64,000 nt of DNA. It comes from Thermoplasmata archaeon (GTDB taxonomy: Archaea > Thermoplasmatota > E2 > JACPAO01 > JAHFTW01). Location: the NCBI GenBank assembly GCA_034667725.1, contig JAXDQS010000001.1, positions 256,001-320,000 of the forward strand. Direction: 5' to 3'. The notes under the pieces were generated by a model, which made no database searches, had not been told where the DNA came from, and was given only the letters and a program-made list of their open reading frames with translations. This document shows, one piece after another, positions 17,824 to 27,037 of the stretch (the stretch's first letter is position 1; each line of letters opens with the position of its first letter). The position numbers and the translations under genes were made by a program.

Positions 17824-20085
17824 TCAGGCCTTGGAGTCGAGGATCCGCAGCAGCGTGCCGTGGCTCTTGCCGTCGTGGTCGAGGGCGGGGAACACGGCGA
17901 CGCGCAGGCCGTCGGAGGCCTTCACCTGGCGGGCCGCACGGCCCTTCTTCGGCCACTTCACGCCCGGCCGCAGCAGCTGCCGCACCGACGCCGTGTCCAG
18001 CTTGGGCACCAGCTTCAGGAGGTCCTTGCCGAGCGCCTGGCTGGCGGACAGGCCGAACTTGCGCATGGCCGGCGTGCCCCAGTAGCTGACGCGGCCTTGG
18101 CGGTCGCAGCCCACCATGACGTCGGGCCCCGCCTCCAGGAGCGCGCCCAGGAACAGGGTGGCGCGGCGGGCCTCGTCGCCCTGCACCTGGATTTCGTCGT
18201 TGAGGCTTTGCAGCTCCTCGTTCACGGTCTCCAGCTCCTCGTTGCGGCTCTGCAGCTCCTCGTTGAGGGACTGCTGCGCCTCCATGGAGGCCAGCAGCGC
18301 GTGCCGGGCGGCCGCGTCCGGCTTGACGGGGGTCGATGCCTGGGCGGTGCCCATCAGCAGCATGCCGGCGCGCTGCGGCAGCGGGACCGCCTCCAGCGCC
18401 ACGGCGCGGCGGGCGCCGGCGCCGTCGAGCGCCGCCTCGGGCAGGCGGCGGCGCCTGCCGGCCGACAGGGCCTGCCGGAGCGCTGCCTCGTCGAGGTCGG
18501 AGCCCGAGCCGTGCAGCAGGCTGGGCAGGAAGGCCCCGACCGCCTGCTTGGCCGGCCTGCCGAAGAACCGCTCGGCGGCCGTGTTCCACATCGTGATGCG
18601 CAGGCTGGCGTCGACGGCCAGGACGATCGGCTCGTGGGCGGCCGCCTGGCGCGCCCGGCCGGTGCGGCGCGCGGCGCGCACCAGGCCGGCGGCCGTCAGG
18701 GGACGCGCCTCGACGCGGCGGAAGATGGGGGCGCCGGGCGCCACCCGGACGAAGCCGGGCGCGGGCAGGTGGGTGCCCTCCGCCTTGCCAAGGAACAGGA
18801 AGCCGCCGGGCCGGACGGCGCCAGCCAGCTGCGCCAGCACCTGCGCACGCTCGGCGGGCTTGAGGTAGATGAGGACGTTGCGGCACGCCACCAGGTCCAT
18901 GCTGGCCAGCGGCGCGTCGCGCGCGAGGTCGTGGCGGCCGAAGACGACGTGGCGGCGCAGCTCGGGGCCGACGCGGGGTCCGGCGCCGTCGGCGACGAAG
19001 TACTGCTTGGCAAGCGGGCGCGGGAAGTCGTCCACGGCCTGCGCGGTGTACTTGCCGGCGCGCGCCTTGGCCAGCGCCGGGTCGTCCAGGTCGGTGCCGA
19101 ACACCTTGAGCGCGATGGGGCGCCCCTTCGCGGCCGCCAGGGTCAGGAGCGCCATCGTGTAGGCCTCCTCGCCGGTGGCGCAGCCGGCGCTCCACATCCG
19201 AATCTCGCGCTTGCCCGCGGCCTTGATGAGGGGCGCGAGGGCGCGCTTCTTGAGCACGGTCCAGAGCGCCGGGTCGCGCACGAAGGAGCTGACCTTCACC
19301 AGGAGCGCGGAGCGCAGCCGCTCCAGCTCCAGGTCGTCGCGCCGCAGGGCCGCGACGTACTGGGCGGCGGTCTTGCTGCCGGTGGCGGCGATGCGGGACT
19401 CCATCCGGCGCCGCAGCGTCTCGGGGCGGTAGCCGCGGAAGTCGACGCCGCACTTGCGGCGCAGCAGCGCCTCCGCGGAGCGCCACGCCGCCGCGGTCGC
19501 CGGCACGCGCCCGCCGCCGGTGGCGTGCAAGAGGTAGCCGCCGATGCGGTCGGCCGGCAGCACGGCGTCGACGCAGCCCGTCGCGATGGCGGATTCCGGC
19601 ATCCCGCCCTGCGAGGCCGTCTCCGGGTCCTGCGCGACGCAGGCGCCGCCCGCGGCCTTCACGGCCTGCACGCCCTGGCGGCCGTCGAAGCCGGTGCCGC
19701 TCAGCACGATGGCCAAGGCGCGCTTGCCGTGCGCCTGCGCGACCGAGGCGAACAGGCGGTCCACGCTGGGCCGCGAGAAGTTGACGCGCGGCGTCCGGGT
19801 CAAGGCGATGCGGCCGGCGCGCAGCTCCAGGTGGCGGTCGGGCGGCGCGAGGTACACGGTGCCGGCGCGGGGCCGCTCGCCCGCCTTGGCCGGGCGCACC
19901 TGCAAGGCCGTGTGCGTCCCGAGCAGGTCGGCGGCGTTGCTGGGCTTCTTCGGGTCCAGGTGCAGCACGGCCAGGATGGGCACGGGGAAGCTTGCGGGCA
20001 GCCCGTGCAGCACGGCCTTCAGGGCCTCCAGGCCGCCGGCCGAGCCGCCGACCGCCACCAGGGCAGGGCCTACGGAGTTCGCCAT
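17824..20085 (-). CDS. CheB methylesterase-CheR methyltransferase-PAS-coiled-coil-PAS fusion
   Basis: GGSAGG, H, SRPSVD, LSGTGFDG (CheB); WSAGCATGEEAY, GTDLD, CRNVLIY (CheR); NEELQSRNEELETVNEELQS coil. The ORF extension to 20985 is read-through in a shadow frame. Confidence 0.9.
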   Translation of the reverse strand: MANSVGPALVAVGGSAGGLEALKAVLHGLPASFPVPILAVLHLDPKKPSNAADLLGTHTALQVRPAKAGERPRAGTVYLAPPDRHLELRAGRIALTRTPRVNFSRPSVDRLFASVAQAHGKRALAIVLSGTGFDGRQGVQAVKAAGGACVAQDPETASQGGMPESAIATGCVDAVLPADRIGGYLLHATGGGRVPATAAAWRSAEALLRRKCGVDFRGYRPETLRRRMESRIAATGSKTAAQYVAALRRDDLELERLRSALLVKVSSFVRDPALWTVLKKRALAPLIKAAGKREIRMWSAGCATGEEAYTMALLTLAAAKGRPIALKVFGTDLDDPALAKARAGKYTAQAVDDFPRPLAKQYFVADGAGPRVGPELRRHVVFGRHDLARDAPLASMDLVACRNVLIYLKPAERAQVLAQLAGAVRPGGFLFLGKAEGTHLPAPGFVRVAPGAPIFRRVEARPLTAAGLVRAARRTGRARQAAAHEPIVLAVDASLRITMWNTAAERFFGRPAKQAVGAFLPSLLHGSGSDLDEAALRQALSAGRRRRLPEAALDGAGARRAVALEAVPLPQRAGMLLMGTAQASTPVKPDAAARHALLASMEAQQSLNEELQSRNEELETVNEELQSLNDEIQVQGDEARRATLFLGALLEAGPDVMVGCDRQGRVSYWGTPAMRKFGLSASQALGKDLLKLVPKLDTASVRQLLRPGVKWPKKGRAARQVKASDGLRVAVFPALDHDGKSHGTLLRILDSKA

Positions 20086-20108
20086 CTTGGGTGGGATGCC
20101 CAGCTTCC

Positions 20109-20780
20109 TCAAGCCCCCTTCGGTGGCTGGCCGGCGCCGCCGTCGGGGTCGGAGAGGCGCTTGCCGCGCGCCAGGGTGTTGGCGTCGATGAAGCCGCGGA
20201 TGACCTGGCCTTGGGCCCGGCGCAGCAGCTGGGAGACGGCGGAGACGCTGAGGTTCATCGACTTGCCCAGCCGGCGCAGGTCGACGCGGTGCGGGACGTC
20301 GTAGTAGCCCATGGCGACCGCGTTGCACAGCACTTCCAGCTGGCGGGGCGTGATGCTGACGTCCTGGACGGGGACGGTGCCGAAGACCCGCTGCCGCACG
20401 GCGTCGTCGGACGTGCCGAGCCGGCCCGCCAAGGCCGCGACCTCGTCGGTGGTGCCCTGCACGAACATCGTCGCCATCCCCTGCGGCGTCAGGTCCACCT
20501 GCACCACGCGCGCCGCCGTCAGCCAATGCAGCCAGCGGGGCGGGACCTCCAGCAGCTCGCACCGCAGCGTCCGCGGCGCGACGCCGGCGGCCATGGTGAT
20601 GCGGCACTCCGCCTGCGCCGCCAGCCAGGCCGCGGTCGCGGTCGCCCTGCCGGCGGGCACGAGGGCCACGATGGTCCAGGAGTCGCCGTGGGGCAGGAAC
20701 CGAAGCTGGGTCGCGGCCGACGGCGCCTCGAAGCCCAGCCCGGCGCACGGCAGGTCGAAGCGCAGCAGCACGCCGGACAT
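20109..20780 (-). CDS. Bacterio-opsin-activator-type HTH_10 transcription regulator
   Basis: ITPRQLEVL..AVAMGYYDVPHRVDL..L...MNLS.SAVSQLLRRAQ; GGAGG SD. Confidence 0.85.
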   Translation of the reverse strand: MSGVLLRFDLPCAGLGFEAPSAATQLRFLPHGDSWTIVALVPAGRATATAAWLAAQAECRITMAAGVAPRTLRCELLEVPPRWLHWLTAARVVQVDLTPQGMATMFVQGTTDEVAALAGRLGTSDDAVRQRVFGTVPVQDVSITPRQLEVLCNAVAMGYYDVPHRVDLRRLGKSMNLSVSAVSQLLRRAQGQVIRGFIDANTLARGKRLSDPDGGAGQPPKGA

Positions 20781-21006
20781 CGGCGCCTCCACGCCTCCTG
20801 GTGACCCGAACACGCGGTGCGACAACTAGATCCCCGGCGCGGAAAAGCGGCCTCCAGTAGAATAACTGAACAGCTAGGGGTCGCGGGGGGCGCGATGCTT
20901 GGGAAAAATGAGAACATTTGCGGCGCCGCGCCTCCAAACTGGGGACAGGACCGCCACATGTGCACATCACCACGCCTTGAACCACGGACGCCGGTCATGC
21001 ACGGCC

Positions 21007-21243
21007 ATGACCGCATCCCGGGCCACCACCGAACGGATGCACGTGCTCGGGGAGGCGCACTGGCCCCCCGGCACGGCCGGCACGCACCGCGGCGTCGTGC
21101 TGCTGCGCGTGCGCGGCCCCCGCGACGCCAAGCGGCTGCTGCGGCTGCTCGAGGCGGGCGCCGCCGAGCGGCCGGCCAACCCGGCGGCCCGGACCGAACG
21201 CCACCTCGCGCTGCTGCGGCACGCCGGCCTGCTTGGCGCCTAA
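21007..21243 (+). CDS. Small hypothetical protein
   Basis: Short ORF with GC3 bias in an otherwise empty gap. Confidence 0.35.
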   Translation: MTASRATTERMHVLGEAHWPPGTAGTHRGVVLLRVRGPRDAKRLLRLLEAGAAERPANPAARTERHLALLRHAGLLGA

Positions 21244-21411
21244 GCCCTGCCGGCGCCAGTGCCGGCGGGTCGGAAAGCGCGGCCCAAGGGCGGGTTGGCA
21301 CGATCCATGGAGGCGGTTTTTCCAGGAGGCGCGGGACTTCGTGGAGCCCGCGAACATGTTGGGGCTTGCGCACGGTCTATGACCCTGGGCCGGCGACTCG
21401 TTTTTGTGAAC

Positions 21412-22275
21412 ATGATGCTGCGTACAGCGCTTGTCTCCCTGGCGGTCGCCGGGGCCTTCCTCCTGTCTTCCCCGAGCGCGATCGCCGCCGGTGGCGGCCA
21501 CAGCGGCGACGTCAAGATCCATGACGAAGCCACCGCGGACCCCGAGGTCCGCAACGAGCCCCACGTCGACTGCGTGGACTTCTGGGTCGAGGGCTTCAAC
21601 CTCAACGCCGGCAAAGGCAGCTTCGAGATCTTCAGCTGGCCGCCCACGGGCGACAAGAGCCTGGTGATGTCGGTCAACTGGACCGCCGACTCCGGCGACG
21701 ACGAGGAGGGCTTCCACTTCCTGTCGGGCCCGCACGCCTTGGCCGCCGGCCACTACCGCCTCGAGGTCACGCTCGACGACGGCAAGGCCCCCAAGGACAA
21801 GATGTTCTGGGTGGAGGAGTGCGAGGACGAGGAGTGCACTGAGGATTGCGAGCCGGAGTGCCCTGTGGACTCCGACCAGTGCCCGCCGGGCGAGTGCGAA
21901 GGCAATGACTGCCCCGCCGAGCCGACCTGCCCGACCGACCTGGTGGCGCTCGCGCGCGGCGCGGGCGGCGTCCAGCTCACCTTCACCGCTGCCCCCGGCA
22001 GTGACGGCTCCAACGTCTACCGCGCCGAGGGCGAAGGCGACTTCGAGTACCTCGCGACCGTCGGCGCTGGCGTCGGCATGTACGTGGACGACACCGCCAC
22101 CAACGGCGTCACCTACACCTACATGGTGACGAGCCTCTACGGCGACGCCGAGGTGGGCCAGTGCCCGCAGGTCGAGGTCACGACCATCCCTGACCTCGGC
22201 ACGGGCATCGCGGTGACCGCCGCGGGCGTCCTGGGTGTCGCGGCCTACGCGTTCAGCCGCCGCCGCAAGGCCTGA
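21412..22275 (+). CDS. Secreted protein with Cys/acidic linker, FnIII-like domain and C-terminal sorting signal
   Basis: Signal peptide; VQLTF...SNVYRA...YVDDT...GVTYTYMVT; IPDL-TM-RRRK tail. Confidence 0.75.
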   Translation: MMLRTALVSLAVAGAFLLSSPSAIAAGGGHSGDVKIHDEATADPEVRNEPHVDCVDFWVEGFNLNAGKGSFEIFSWPPTGDKSLVMSVNWTADSGDDEEGFHFLSGPHALAAGHYRLEVTLDDGKAPKDKMFWVEECEDEECTEDCEPECPVDSDQCPPGECEGNDCPAEPTCPTDLVALARGAGGVQLTFTAAPGSDGSNVYRAEGEGDFEYLATVGAGVGMYVDDTATNGVTYTYMVTSLYGDAEVGQCPQVEVTTIPDLGTGIAVTAAGVLGVAAYAFSRRRKA

Positions 22276-22293
22276 GCCGCGCATCTGGATCGG

Positions 22294-22330
22294 GCCCTTT
22301 TCCCCCTTCTCCTCCCTTTCATGCGTTTTT
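22294..22330 (+). terminator. Pyrimidine-rich terminator tract
   Basis: GCCCTTTTCCCCCTTCTCCTCCCTTT after the stop; closely similar to the 5492 tract. Confidence 0.5.
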
Positions 22331-22469
22331 TCAGGAAATGGCGTGCTTTCCGCGGGCGGGCCATCCCAACATGTTGGCACCGGCAAGCTGGCTTAGGCCG
22401 CGCCAGGCCAAGGTTCTCCCCATGGAACGGTTGCGTGTGCAGGACGGCCCGAACGGGTGGCGGAGGAGC

Positions 22470-23714
22470 GTGGCCAACGCCCCTGCCCATGCCCACCCCG
22501 CGGCGGTCGAGAACGCAATCCGGGTGCTGGTGGTCGAGGACGAGCCCTTGGTCGCCATGGACCTGGAAGGCACCCTGCGCGAGCTGGGCTACGACGTCGT
22601 GGCCCGCACCGGCCGCGCCGAGGAGGCCCTCCGGCTCGCCGCCGCCCTGCGGCCGGACGTCGTGCTGATGGACATCGGCCTCGCCGGCCCGATGGACGGC
22701 ATCGAGGCGGCCCGCCGGGTGCGCAGCGACCTCGCCATCCCGGTGGTGTTCATGACGGGGCACGCCGACGTGGCCACCCTCGCCAAGGCCCGCCTGTCGC
22801 AGCCGTACGGCTACATCGTCAAGCCGTTCGACGCCGCCGCCGTGCGGGCCCAGGTCGAGACCGTCCACTACCGCCGCCTGGCCGAGCGCGAGCGCGAGCA
22901 CGCGCAGCGCGACCGCGAGGCCGGCGTGCGGCGCGACGTGGAGCGGCTGCAGGAGCTCAACGAGATGCGCTCCCGCTTCGTCAGCGTGGCGTCGCACGAG
23001 CTCAACACCCCGCTCACGCCGCTGCTTCTGAGCGTGTCGCTGCTGAAGCAGTCGCTGGAAGGGAAGGTCACCGCGACCGAGGCGCAGTCCCTGGCCATCC
23101 TGGGCCGCAACCTCGAGCGCCTAGCCAGCCTGGTGAAGGACCTGCTCGACGCCGCCCGCCTCCAGTCGAGCCGCCTCCCCCTCAGCCTGGCGCCCACCAA
23201 CCTCCGCCTGCTCGCCGACGGCGTCGCCGACACCTTCCGCGGCCGCGCCACCGAGCGCAAGGTGCGCATCGAGACCCACGGGACAGGGCTGGCCGAGGCC
23301 ATGGCCGACGCCAACCGCGTCATCCAGGTGCTCACCAACCTCGTCGACAACGCCCTCAAGTTCACGCCGGCCGGCGGCCGCGTCGACCTGTTCGTCACCG
23401 CGGCGGGCCCGAACGTCCAGCTCGAGGTCAAGGACACCGGCCGCGGCCTGGACGCGGCCCAGGTCGCGCAGCTGTTCCAGCCGTTCGCGATGGTGCACGA
23501 CCTCGCGACGACGCAAGGGCAAGGCACCGGCCTCGGCCTCTACGTCAGCCGCGGCATCGCCGAGCTGCACGGCGGCACTCTGACGTGCCGCAGCGACGGG
23601 CCCGGCAAGGGGACCTCGTTCATGCTTACCCTGCCCGCGGCCGGGCCGCCCTCCGCGCCGGCCCCCACCCGGCGCCGACCCCCCCGGCCCGCCCGCGCCA
23701 AGGAGGCCGCATGA
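22470..23714 (+). CDS. Hybrid REC-histidine kinase
   Basis: VLVVEDE...DVVLMDI...MTG...KPF; SHELNTPL; NLVDNALKF; DTGRG; GTGLGL; GGAGGAG before GTG. Confidence 0.9.
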   Translation: MANAPAHAHPAAVENAIRVLVVEDEPLVAMDLEGTLRELGYDVVARTGRAEEALRLAAALRPDVVLMDIGLAGPMDGIEAARRVRSDLAIPVVFMTGHADVATLAKARLSQPYGYIVKPFDAAAVRAQVETVHYRRLAEREREHAQRDREAGVRRDVERLQELNEMRSRFVSVASHELNTPLTPLLLSVSLLKQSLEGKVTATEAQSLAILGRNLERLASLVKDLLDAARLQSSRLPLSLAPTNLRLLADGVADTFRGRATERKVRIETHGTGLAEAMADANRVIQVLTNLVDNALKFTPAGGRVDLFVTAAGPNVQLEVKDTGRGLDAAQVAQLFQPFAMVHDLATTQGQGTGLGLYVSRGIAELHGGTLTCRSDGPGKGTSFMLTLPAAGPPSAPAPTRRRPPRPARAKEAA

Positions 23715-25075
23715 GCCCGTCGCCGCGCCGGCCGCCCCGCCCGCCGGCGGCCCGCACCCGCTTCGATTGCCTGCTGGAGGCGGCGCCCGGCGCCTTGCTG
23801 GTGCTGGACGAGGGCGGCGTCATCCTCGAGGCCAACGCCCGCGCCATGGACCTGCTGGGCGCCGACCGGCTCGCCGGCCAACGCCTCGACGAGCGCATCC
23901 CCGCCGGCCTGGAGCAGGAGGGCGGGCGCGCGCTGTTCGCGCGCCGCGACGACGGCTCGGAAATCCCCGTCGAGCTCCAGCTGCGCCGCTTCGTGACGTC
24001 CGAGGGCCCGTTCGCGGTCGCGGCCGTGCGCGACCTGGCCGAAGGCGAGCGCGAGCGCGAGGCCGCCGCCCGGCTCGCCGCCGTGCTGGGCTCGCTCTCG
24101 GACGCCATCGCCTCGACCTCGCTCGAGGGCCGCATCACGAGCTGGAACCTGGCGGCGGAGGCCATGTTCGGCTACACCGCCAAGGAGGCGCTCGGCAAGG
24201 ACATCGCGATGCTGCGGGACCCCGCCGACATCGGCGAGCCGGAGGAGGCCGCCATCCTTGCCCGCATCCGCCGCGGCGAGCCGGTCAAGAACCGCGAGGT
24301 GCGCCGCGTCCGCAAGGACGGCACTTCGCTCTGGGTGTCCGCGTCGGTCTCGCCGTTGCAGGACGGCCGCGGCCGCATCGTGGGCGCCACCGGCGCCATG
24401 CGGGACGTGACCGAGCGCCGCGCCGCCGAGGCCCGCATCGAGGCGTCGCTCCGGGAGAAGGAGGTCATGCTGCAGGAGATCCACCACCGCGTCAAGAACA
24501 ACCTCCAGGTCGTGGCCAGCCTCCTCAACCTCCAGGGCCAGCACGCGGGGGACGCCCGCACCCGCGAGCTGTTCCAGGACAGCCGCAACCGCATCCGCTC
24601 GATCGCGCTGGTGCACGAGAAGCTCTACCGCAGCAAGGACCTGTCCCGGCTCGACTTCCACGACTACCTGGAGGACCTGGTCAAGGAGCTGCGCCGGTTC
24701 TACCCCAAGAGCCAGAGCGTCGCCATCGTCCTGGACGCCCAGCCGCTGGCCGTCGGCGTCGACGCCGCCATCAACTGCGGCCTGGTCGTGAGCGAGCTGG
24801 TCTCCAACGCCCTCAAGCACGCCTTCCCCGACGGCCGCCCCGGCGTCGTGCGCATCGCGCTCAAGGACGGCAGCCGCCCCGGCCGCATCGAGGTCACGGT
24901 GGCCGACGACGGCGTCGGCATGGCGGGCCCGTTCGATCCGGCCGCGGCGCCGACCTTGGGGATGCAGCTGGTCGCCACCATCGTGCGGCAGCTCGACGGC
25001 ACCATCGAGCGCCTCCCCGGCCCCGGCACGACGCTGCGGATGGACCTCGCCGTCGAGGCGAAGGTGGCCGCATGA
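23711..25075 (+). CDS. PAS-PAS histidine kinase (HisKA_2 type)
   Basis: EIHHRVKNNLQVV, ELVSNALKHAF, DDGVG, TLGMQLV; ATGA coupling. Confidence 0.9.
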   Translation: MSPSPRRPPRPPAARTRFDCLLEAAPGALLVLDEGGVILEANARAMDLLGADRLAGQRLDERIPAGLEQEGGRALFARRDDGSEIPVELQLRRFVTSEGPFAVAAVRDLAEGEREREAAARLAAVLGSLSDAIASTSLEGRITSWNLAAEAMFGYTAKEALGKDIAMLRDPADIGEPEEAAILARIRRGEPVKNREVRRVRKDGTSLWVSASVSPLQDGRGRIVGATGAMRDVTERRAAEARIEASLREKEVMLQEIHHRVKNNLQVVASLLNLQGQHAGDARTRELFQDSRNRIRSIALVHEKLYRSKDLSRLDFHDYLEDLVKELRRFYPKSQSVAIVLDAQPLAVGVDAAINCGLVVSELVSNALKHAFPDGRPGVVRIALKDGSRPGRIEVTVADDGVGMAGPFDPAAAPTLGMQLVATIVRQLDGTIERLPGPGTTLRMDLAVEAKVAA

Positions 25076-25515
25076 GCCCGATCAAGGTCCTCATCGTCGA
25101 GGACGAGGGCATCGTCGCGATGGACCTGTTCGGCACCCTCGGCCGCCTCGGCTACGAGGTCGCGGGGCGCACGGCGCACGGCGAGGAGGCCTTGGCCTTG
25201 GCCCGCCGGGAAGCCCCGGACGTCATCCTCATGGACATCCGCCTCGCCGGCAAGAAGGACGGCATCGAGGCGGCCCGCGACGTCCGCGCCGAGCTCGGCA
25301 TCCCCGTCATCTTCGTCACGGCGCACGCCGACGACGCCACGCTGGCCCGCGCCCGCACCGTCGAGCCCTACGGCTACATCGTCAAGCCGTTCGACGACCT
25401 GTCCGTCCGCACCTCCGTCGAGCTGGCCTGCTACCGGCGCAAGGCCGAGCGCGAGCGCGAGGCCGCCGCGTCCGCCGCCCGCCTGGGAGGTGTCGCCGTT
25501 GGCCCGCGAGCCTGA
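25072..25515 (+). CDS. Single-domain response regulator
   Basis: VLIVEDE, DVILMDI, VTAH, YIVKPF; ATGA coupling. Confidence 0.9.
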   Translation: MSPIKVLIVEDEGIVAMDLFGTLGRLGYEVAGRTAHGEEALALARREAPDVILMDIRLAGKKDGIEAARDVRAELGIPVIFVTAHADDATLARARTVEPYGYIVKPFDDLSVRTSVELACYRRKAEREREAAASAARLGGVAVGPRA

Positions 25516-25951
25516 CCTTGTCGCCCCCGCGTCCGTCGCCGCGGCCCAGGCCGGCCTGTTCGGCGGCCTGCTGGACCGGTTCTGCGAGGTGGTGGGCCCC
25601 GCCGCCAGCGAGGCGACCTTCCACTACGCCGCCGTGCAGGAAGGCCTGCGGCTCGGCGCCGGGCACGGCCCCAAGGGCCTGGACAGCGCGCTCGCGGCCG
25701 TGGACGCGGTCCTGGGCCACCGCAGCCGCCTGACGGCCGACGGCGATGTCCTGCGCCTCGCCATCACAGATTCGCCGATCCTGGCGGGCGGCAAGCCGGT
25801 GCGCCTCGCCGTGGTGCGCGGCCTCGTCGAGGGCACGCTGCGGGCCGTGCGCGGGAAGGCCTACACCGGCAAGTTCCTGGAAGGCCGGGCGGAGGGAGAC
25901 GAAGCGCTGCTTGAGCTGCGCATGGAGGATGACCATGATGCCACAAACTGA
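25490..25951 (+). CDS. V4R-like domain protein
   Basis: HYAAVQEGLRLG...ITDSP...VVRGLVEGTL pattern resembles V4R; GGAGG SD. Confidence 0.5.
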   Translation: MSPLAREPDLVAPASVAAAQAGLFGGLLDRFCEVVGPAASEATFHYAAVQEGLRLGAGHGPKGLDSALAAVDAVLGHRSRLTADGDVLRLAITDSPILAGGKPVRLAVVRGLVEGTLRAVRGKAYTGKFLEGRAEGDEALLELRMEDDHDATN

Positions 25952-26252
25952 ACCAAGCAACCTGCGCAAGCTGTTCGAGGTCTGGGTGGACTCGGAGCTC
26001 AAGGCCCAGATCATCGTGTTCTACCAGAACAACCCCGGCGTCATCGACACCATCGAGGGCTTGGCGTCACGGCTCGGCACCAACGTGGAGCAGCTGCGCA
26101 CCAACATCGCCGACCACCTCCAGCTCGGGTTCCTGCACGAGCGCAAGGTGGGCAGCCAGGTCGTCCTGGTGTACGACCGCAAGAAGCAGCAAGGCATCCA
26201 GGAGTTCATCGCCGCCGAGATGGGCAAGCTCTCCAGGGAGGGTGTCCAATGA
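25935..26252 (+). CDS. Winged-helix protein
   Basis: IIVFYQNNPGVIDTIEGLASRLG..VEQL...IADH..LGFL. Confidence 0.65.
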   Translation: MMPQTEPSNLRKLFEVWVDSELKAQIIVFYQNNPGVIDTIEGLASRLGTNVEQLRTNIADHLQLGFLHERKVGSQVVLVYDRKKQQGIQEFIAAEMGKLSREGVQ

Positions 26253-27037
26253 GCCGTCCCGAGCCGGGCGTGCCCCGGGAGGAGGGCCGGCTGTCCACCG
26301 GGGTCGCGGGGCTGGACGCCATGCTGGGCGGCGGCTGGGCGCGCGGCGACGCCAACCTGGTCGCCGGGGCGCCAGGCACGGGCAAGACCACCCTTGGCCT
26401 GCAGTTCCTGGCCGCCGGCATCGCGGCCGGCGAGCCCGGCGTGTTCGTGACCTTCGAGTACCTGCCCCAGCTCATCTACCGCGACGCCCGCAAGCGCGGC
26501 TGGGACATGCCGCGATGGGAGGCCGAGGACAAGATGCGGGTCGTGTGCACCACGCCCGAGCTGCTGCTGAACGAGGTGGCCCCCGGCCGCAGCCTGCTCG
26601 ACGACGCCATCGCCGAGATCGGCGCCAAGCGCCTGGTCATCGACTCGCTCACCGCCTTCGAGGCCCACGTGCGCGGCGCGGTCCCGCTCCGGCAGTCCCT
26701 GGCCGGGCTGTTCAACCACCTGCGCCTCAAGGGCGTCTCGGTCGTCGAGACCTACGAGATCCCGCAGATCGCCGGGCCGGCCATGAAGGTGAGCGAGTGG
26801 GGCCTGGAGTTCCTTGCCGACTCCGTCGTGCTCTTGCGCTACGTCGAGATCGAGGGCACCCTCCAGAAGGCGATCAACATCCTCAAGTTCCGCGCCGGCG
26901 ACCATGACCGCCGCTTCCGTCGCTACGAGCTGACCGGCAAGGGCCTCGTGGTGGAGGGCGAGTTCACCGGCATCGAAGGCATCAGCGGCGGCGCGGCGCG
27001 GCGCAGCTTCGGCAACCGGGCGCGGGAGCTGGTGTGA
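26249..27037 (+). CDS. KaiC/RAD55-family ATPase (single domain)
   Basis: LSTGVAGLDAMLGGG, Walker A GAPGTGKT, RLVIDSL, FLADSVVLLRY, ILKFR. Confidence 0.9.
   Translation: MSRPEPGVPREEGRLSTGVAGLDAMLGGGWARGDANLVAGAPGTGKTTLGLQFLAAGIAAGEPGVFVTFEYLPQLIYRDARKRGWDMPRWEAEDKMRVVCTTPELLLNEVAPGRSLLDDAIAEIGAKRLVIDSLTAFEAHVRGAVPLRQSLAGLFNHLRLKGVSVVETYEIPQIAGPAMKVSEWGLEFLADSVVLLRYVEIEGTLQKAINILKFRAGDHDRRFRRYELTGKGLVVEGEFTGIEGISGGAARRSFGNRARELV

Noticed and set aside
20086-20985. 300-aa N-terminal extension of CheBR (1053-aa ORF)
   Set aside because: Arg/Gly-rich shadow frame overlapping the real HTH_10 gene; CheB begins at 20085.
26249-27037. Circadian clock kaiC
   Set aside because: Single ATPase domain and no kaiA/kaiB; generic RAD55/KaiC family.
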